Virus record (IMG/VR): IMGVR_UViG_3300037784_000178
Coordinates: 1-39,324 of that record
Source of the DNA: a virus
Lineage: Duplodnaviria > Caudoviricetes
Length of the DNA stretch: 39,324 nucleotides
Strand: one strand, 5' to 3'
Positions 34,718 to 39,324 of the stretch are shown in pieces (position 1 is the stretch's first letter; each line of letters begins with the position of its first letter). The notes under the pieces are model-generated. The model was given only the letters and a program-made list of their open reading frames with translations. It searched no databases and was not told the DNA's origin. The position numbers and the translations under genes were made by a program.

Positions 34718-37458
34718 AGCGTTCTCAGAAGGTTGTTGCGCCCCTGGGCCGCCCGATCGCTACGGCCACGGTCACTTATCCGGCGCAAGGGGAATTCCGG
34801 CAGATAGTGCCGCCTCCGGTCTTTTCCGTGCAGCCCAGCATCGGCTTCACGCCGCCGCTCGCCGACGGGACCGTGCTCACGGCCATCGACGGCACGATCT
34901 TGGGCGGCGCGGTTTTAGCGCGCCAGTTCCTGCGCGACGGGGTTCCCATTCCTGGCGCGACCGGGGCGACCTACACCGCCGTCGAGGCCGACATCGGTTC
35001 GATGATTTCCGTCACCATCACCGCGTCCGGCGCTGGCGGCACCGCGCAAGCGACGAGTGCCGAGGTCGGGCCAGTGGCCGATCTGGACATCAGCGTCACC
35101 CAATACGGCGTCACCTATACCTTCGCCTCCCCGCGCCCTGTAGGCCAGTATGCGAACGGCGACTGGTGGGTGCTGGGCCCGGTCTCGATCACCTCGATCA
35201 GCCCGGCAAGCACCACCCACGATGGCGTCTATTCGACTGGCACCGCTTATACCGGGCGCGTGGTGCACGGGACGATGGTCAACCCCGGCAATCGCAGCTT
35301 CGCCACCGGGGGGCTGACTGCGAACAACACTACGAACACCGTGCAGGGGCTGGACAGCATCACGCAGGAAAGCGGGCTGGGTGTGGCCGTGCCCTACTCC
35401 GCCCCAGCCAACGTCGATCCCGGCGCGACCGGAAGCCCGCTCGCGGTGACGACCGGCAGCGTGGTCAAGTTCGTCTCCAAGCTGACCAGCCTGCCGCTCA
35501 ATGCGCGGCCTGCGGGCACCGACATGGTGGTGCTGACCGTGGTGGACAGCATCCCTGAGACCGACGCCATCCGTCCCGGTGTCTCGCGCGCCAGCAAGGC
35601 GAGCCTCATCCGTTCCTCGCAGTTCGACCTCTCGGTATTCCAGAACCTCGCGCCCACTGCCAGCGCGCCGACCTATGAGCAGGCGCTCGATTGGGTGGAT
35701 CGCTATATCGAGGCGGCTTACCCGGACAGCATCAACAATATCCACGCCAAGGGCATCAACAATCACCCCGAATACGGGCGCGACATCGGCAACAACCTGC
35801 ACCGCGCCATGCTCTGCCTCCACCTGTCCAGCTTCACCGCCGATCAGAAGCGCGCCCTGCTGTGCCGCCTCGCCGCGATTGCCGACGACTTCGTGGCCCG
35901 CGCCGAGGAAGGGGCCGTCACGCTCGCGGCGGGCGGCGGCAACCAGTTCAAGAAGGCCGTGATCGTGCTGTGCGGCGCGGCGCTGGGAGATAGCATCCCG
36001 GCATCGTGGGCGACATGGCTGTCCAACGCCAACCGCAACGTGTGGGGCGAGGACGCGCAGATTTTCCGGGTGGACGGCTTCGACATTGCCGAACCGCGCT
36101 ATACCGCCGATGGCAGGCCGCGCAGCGCCTACACCTATCAGATGCTCGGCAGCGCGGAGTGGGGAGAGCAGCCGCTTGTCCTCACCAACCGCAACGGCTC
36201 CAACTGGAACGCGACCTACCGCGATGTGGTGGGCGGACAGCTCCTTGGCGGGATGCTGGCGGTGGAATTGACCACCGGGGGCAAGGCGCTGTGGGATCAC
36301 GACGACCTGTTCCTCTACATGAAGACCGCCTTCCTGCGCCGCGCCGAGTTCGGGGCGGGCAATGGCACCGTGGCCTTCGTCGAGGAAATGCTGCTGGCCT
36401 ATCGCCCGACCGAAGCCGCCGCCCCGGCGATTGTCGAGGCGGGGATCAAGAACGCGGCGATCTGGATCAGGTTCGATCAGGCGCTCAACGAGACGGCCAC
36501 CGCGCCCGCGACCAGCGATTTCGTGGTGAATGTCAACGGCTCGCCCGTCACGATCAGCAGCGTCTCGGTCTGGCGGCAGAATTGCGGGCTGGCGCTGGCG
36601 GCGGCGGTGGACGGGAACGATACCGTGACCGTCAGCTACACCAGCGGCACCAACAAGCTGCGCTCGGTCGATGGCGTGAATGTCGCCAGCTTCTCGGGGC
36701 AGGCGCTCGACAACCAGACCGACAAGGTAGGCGGGCCGAACGCGGCCTATCCGGTGGTGCGCTTCGCGCCGGGGGTTGTCCGCACCATCGGCGGCACCAG
36801 CAAGGTCGCCGCGGCCAATTCGCTCGTCGGCACCGTCGCGCTGCTCAAGTTCAAGATCAACGCGCTGCCTTCGACCGACGCCCGCATCATCGGTAGCGGA
36901 TCGGGTGCGCCCGGCCTGCAAATCTTCCTCAAGACGAACGGGGCGCTCGAGCTTCGCGTGCGCGGTGTGACCTCTTCCGTGGCAACCCGGCCGACGACCG
37001 GAGCGCTGTCGGTGGGCGTGGAATATGATGTGCTCTTCAGCCTCGATAATGCGCAGGCGACCGCCGCGGCGGGGGCGGATTGCTACATCAACGGCGCGGC
37101 GCAGACCTTGAGCAACTTCAACTTCGTCAGCGGCGAAAACCTCGCCTGGGGGAACGCGGCTGCATATGCGGTCAACCCGAACGGCGCGGACTTCAGCCTC
37201 GGCGCGCTGTGGTTCGATCCGACCACCCGCGTCGATCTGACCAACAGCGCCAACCGCGACAAGTTCACCAGCCTGACCAGCGGCAATCTCGACATCCTGA
37301 CGCTCGGCGACGGGATCACCGGCACGCAGCCGCCGCTGTTCCTCGTCGGCGATGCCGACCAGTGGAACGATGGCAGCGGCATGAACCGCGGCACGGCGGA
37401 CAAGTTCTTCGTCACCTCCGGCGCGGTGACGCTCGTAAGCGGGAGTGAGTGGGTGTGA
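34714..37458 (+). CDS. Modular receptor-binding / tail spike protein
   Basis: Ig-like N-terminus (IPGATGATYT...DIG), helical central domain, SwmB-like repeat (FDQAL..DFVV.VNG..VTVSYT), LamG-like C-terminus. Confidence 0.75.
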   Translation: MKRSQKVVAPLGRPIATATVTYPAQGEFRQIVPPPVFSVQPSIGFTPPLADGTVLTAIDGTILGGAVLARQFLRDGVPIPGATGATYTAVEADIGSMISVTITASGAGGTAQATSAEVGPVADLDISVTQYGVTYTFASPRPVGQYANGDWWVLGPVSITSISPASTTHDGVYSTGTAYTGRVVHGTMVNPGNRSFATGGLTANNTTNTVQGLDSITQESGLGVAVPYSAPANVDPGATGSPLAVTTGSVVKFVSKLTSLPLNARPAGTDMVVLTVVDSIPETDAIRPGVSRASKASLIRSSQFDLSVFQNLAPTASAPTYEQALDWVDRYIEAAYPDSINNIHAKGINNHPEYGRDIGNNLHRAMLCLHLSSFTADQKRALLCRLAAIADDFVARAEEGAVTLAAGGGNQFKKAVIVLCGAALGDSIPASWATWLSNANRNVWGEDAQIFRVDGFDIAEPRYTADGRPRSAYTYQMLGSAEWGEQPLVLTNRNGSNWNATYRDVVGGQLLGGMLAVELTTGGKALWDHDDLFLYMKTAFLRRAEFGAGNGTVAFVEEMLLAYRPTEAAAPAIVEAGIKNAAIWIRFDQALNETATAPATSDFVVNVNGSPVTISSVSVWRQNCGLALAAAVDGNDTVTVSYTSGTNKLRSVDGVNVASFSGQALDNQTDKVGGPNAAYPVVRFAPGVVRTIGGTSKVAAANSLVGTVALLKFKINALPSTDARIIGSGSGAPGLQIFLKTNGALELRVRGVTSSVATRPTTGALSVGVEYDVLFSLDNAQATAAAGADCYINGAAQTLSNFNFVSGENLAWGNAAAYAVNPNGADFSLGALWFDPTTRVDLTNSANRDKFTSLTSGNLDILTLGDGITGTQPPLFLVGDADQWNDGSGMNRGTADKFFVTSGAVTLVSGSEWV

Positions 37459-37559
37459 TGCCTGGCGATCGCGACAAGCGCGGGCAGGACATCGCCGACG
37501 AGCTGCGCCGCTGGGCATGGCTCGGCCGCATCGTCCACCTGCTGGGGAGGTGGGGATGA
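37458..37559 (+). CDS. Micro-ORF (33 aa)
   Basis: TGATG coupling; MPGDRDKRGQDIADELRRWAWLGRIVHLLGRWG. Confidence 0.4.
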   Translation: MPGDRDKRGQDIADELRRWAWLGRIVHLLGRWG

Positions 37560-37605
37560 GCGCCGACCAGGTGAAAATGGAGATCAAGATGAAGGTCGCA
37601 AGCAA

Positions 37606-37872
37606 GTGAACTGGCAGGAAGCATTCAACATCGCCTTCTCGGCAGCCGCGTTTCTCGGCGGGTACTTCGTGAAGACGCTCTGGGAGGCGATCAAAGACGT
37701 ACAGGCGGCCGATCGCGCACTGACCGAAAAGGTCGCCGCCATCGAGGTGCTGGTCGCCGGGTCCTACGTCACCCGCACCGAATACCGGGACGATCTCCGC
37801 AACATCAACACAGTGCTCGAGCGGATCGAATCCAAGCTCGACGGGAAGCAGGACAAGGAGAGCAGGCGATGA
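37606..37872 (+). CDS. Single-TM coiled-coil lysis-cassette protein (holin/antiholin-like)
   Basis: N-terminal TM, YVTRTEY..D..LERIESKLD. Confidence 0.75.
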   Translation: MNWQEAFNIAFSAAAFLGGYFVKTLWEAIKDVQAADRALTEKVAAIEVLVAGSYVTRTEYRDDLRNINTVLERIESKLDGKQDKESRR

Positions 37873-38132
37873 TGGGTTGGCTCGACAAACATCTGGTCAA
37901 GGGTTGGCGCGAGGCTTGGCGCTGGGCTAGTGTCCGGGGTGCGGGGGTGTTCGCGGCCATTGTGGGGGCCTTCGCTGCCCAGCCCGACCTGCTGCTCGGC
38001 ATCATCAACTTCATGCCGACCGATCCGCTCAACCGCGCCGGCATGGCAATCGGCGTGGGCCTGATCGCCTTCTTCGGGCCGACCGTGCTGCGGCTCTGGA
38101 AACAGGGAGGCAGCGATGGCGCAGCCGAATAA
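37869..38132 (+). CDS. Putative holin (two TM helices)
   Basis: LVKGWREAWRWASVR N-terminus, two TMs, RLWKQ end; directly before the endolysin. Confidence 0.75.
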   Translation: MMGWLDKHLVKGWREAWRWASVRGAGVFAAIVGAFAAQPDLLLGIINFMPTDPLNRAGMAIGVGLIAFFGPTVLRLWKQGGSDGAAE

Positions 38133-38736
38133 TTCGCAAGCGTCGCGAGCCGCGCCCAAGGTGACCCCCAAGGGCGCAGGCGTCGGTGCTGCGATCGGGG
38201 CAATCATCGCCGCCGTGTTCGCGCTCGAGGGCGGGTTCGTCGACCACCCGAACGACCCCGGCGGCGCCACCAATCACGGGATCACCGAAAGGGTGGCGCG
38301 CCAGAATGGCTATTCGGGCGACATGCGCAACCTGACCCGGAGCGATGCCTTCGCCATTTACGAGCGCCAATACATCCGCGCTCCAGGGTTCATGCCGCTG
38401 GTCGAAATCGACCCGGTGGTGGCCGAGGAAGTGATCGACACCGCGGTCAATATGGGCCCGCCTCGCCCATCGCGCTTCTTCCAGCGTGCAATCAACGAGG
38501 TGTGCGGAACTGCGCTGACCGTCGACGGGAAGATCGGCCCGGTGACTGTGCAGGCCTGGCAGGATTGTCGCGCCAATCTGGGCCCGGCGGGGTGCGTGCG
38601 AATGCTTGACAGCCTCGACCGCCAGCAGCGCGCCGAATATGACCGCCTGATCCGCGTCAACCCGCGCCTGCGGGTGTTCCATCGAGGCTGGATTAATCAC
38701 CGGATCGGCAACGTCGATCGCGGGAGGTGTGCATGA
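38116..38736 (+). CDS. Endolysin, glycoside hydrolase family 108 with PG-binding domain
   Basis: EGGFVDHPNDPGGATNHGIT, DTAVNMG, VDGKIGPVT, F.RGWINHRI. Confidence 0.93.
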   Translation: MAQPNNSQASRAAPKVTPKGAGVGAAIGAIIAAVFALEGGFVDHPNDPGGATNHGITERVARQNGYSGDMRNLTRSDAFAIYERQYIRAPGFMPLVEIDPVVAEEVIDTAVNMGPPRPSRFFQRAINEVCGTALTVDGKIGPVTVQAWQDCRANLGPAGCVRMLDSLDRQQRAEYDRLIRVNPRLRVFHRGWINHRIGNVDRGRCA

Positions 38737-39122
38737 ACCTGCTGCCCTTCCTTCGCTCGCTCACCCCGCTGGCGCGCTGGATCCTGATCGGGCTGGTCGC
38801 AGCCCTGCTGATCGGTGGCACGGTGACGCTTCGATCGTGCCAGGCGGCGCGGACGGCCAAGACGGAGACCAGGCTCAGCAACAACCAGACCGGCGCGGCG
38901 ATCGCCAGTGGGGCCGATGCCGCCAACACGGTCGGCGATGTCGGTGCACGCGCAGCCGAAACCGACCGCACCACCTTGGAGAATGCCGATGAAATTCGCT
39001 CTGCCCCCGGCGCTGATGCGCCTGTCAACACTGGCGTTCATGGCGCTGGCCTGCGCAGCCTGTGTAAGCGCGCCGCCTATCGTGGCCGCCCCGAGTGCAT
39101 GCAGCTCGCTCCTTCCCAGTGA
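38733..39122 (+). CDS. i-spanin (Rz-like)
   Basis: N-terminal TM, periplasmic helical region, Cys near the C-terminus; follows the endolysin. Confidence 0.75.
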   Translation: MNLLPFLRSLTPLARWILIGLVAALLIGGTVTLRSCQAARTAKTETRLSNNQTGAAIASGADAANTVGDVGARAAETDRTTLENADEIRSAPGADAPVNTGVHGAGLRSLCKRAAYRGRPECMQLAPSQ

Positions 39123-39324
39123 ATGGCGCGAACCTGTCCCCGGCGCCCCGCTCCCGGACGGCGAGACCGCCGGAGACTGGATCGCCTTCGCCGACGCGCA
39201 AACCGGTCAGCTCGACAAGGCCAATGATCGGACGCTCTCGGCGATCGGGATCGTCGAACGCTGCGAGGCGCGCGATCGCGAGGCGGTGAAGCGCGCGCGG
39301 CCGAGGTTCCTGGGGGTTTTCTGA
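39016..39324 (+). CDS. o-spanin lipoprotein (Rz1-like), overlapping the i-spanin
   Basis: Signal MRLSTLAFMALACAAC with lipobox Cys; Pro-rich mature part; different frame overlapping the i-spanin 3' end. Confidence 0.75.
   Translation: MRLSTLAFMALACAACVSAPPIVAAPSACSSLLPSEWREPVPGAPLPDGETAGDWIAFADAQTGQLDKANDRTLSAIGIVERCEARDREAVKRARPRFLGVF

Larger units (their letters stand above)
1177..39324. mobile_element. Temperate siphovirus-like prophage (left boundary approximate, right end beyond the window)
   Basis: Ordered modules: integrase, early genes, cI/cro, replication, terminase, head, tail, lysis. No sheath gene and a long tape measure gene. Core genes look intact. Confidence 0.95.

Noticed and set aside
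34915-37605. 896-aa antisense ORF opposite the RBP gene
   Set aside because: Shadow ORF from high-GC codon bias; no protein-like motifs
1-39324. tRNA, rRNA, CRISPR array, IS element or attR
   Set aside because: None recognised by eye; attR is probably beyond the window

Overview
The window is almost entirely a high-GC temperate siphovirus-type prophage, probably of an alphaproteobacterial host. The host assignment is an inference from the GapR-like and MarR-like proteins, and a Sphingomonadales host is plausible. Left to right: two lower-GC flanking or cargo genes; a large serine integrase at the end of a translationally coupled leftward early operon of small ORFs; a lambda-like cI/cro/cII switch with visible 14-bp operators; an unusual replication and accessory module (wHTH protein, DnaN beta-clamp, DGQHR/ParB-like protein coupled to a Cys-rich GP88-like protein, DnaA domain IV protein, DnaG primase with a GapR-like C-terminal domain, SF3/D5 helicase, and a TGGAG-repeat candidate origin). 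Then come a lambda-like cosQ/cosN-type site, terminase, portal, fused protease-capsid gene, non-contractile tail genes with a -1 frameshifted chaperone, tape measure, tail tip, a modular receptor-binding protein, and a lysis cassette (holin-like genes, GH108 endolysin, overlapping spanins). The right prophage end lies outside the window. Family assignments come from motif recognition by eye, not from database searches. The most novel-looking candidates are the DGQHR/ParB plus GP88-like Fe-S gene pair and the primase-GapR fusion inside a host-mimicking replisome module.
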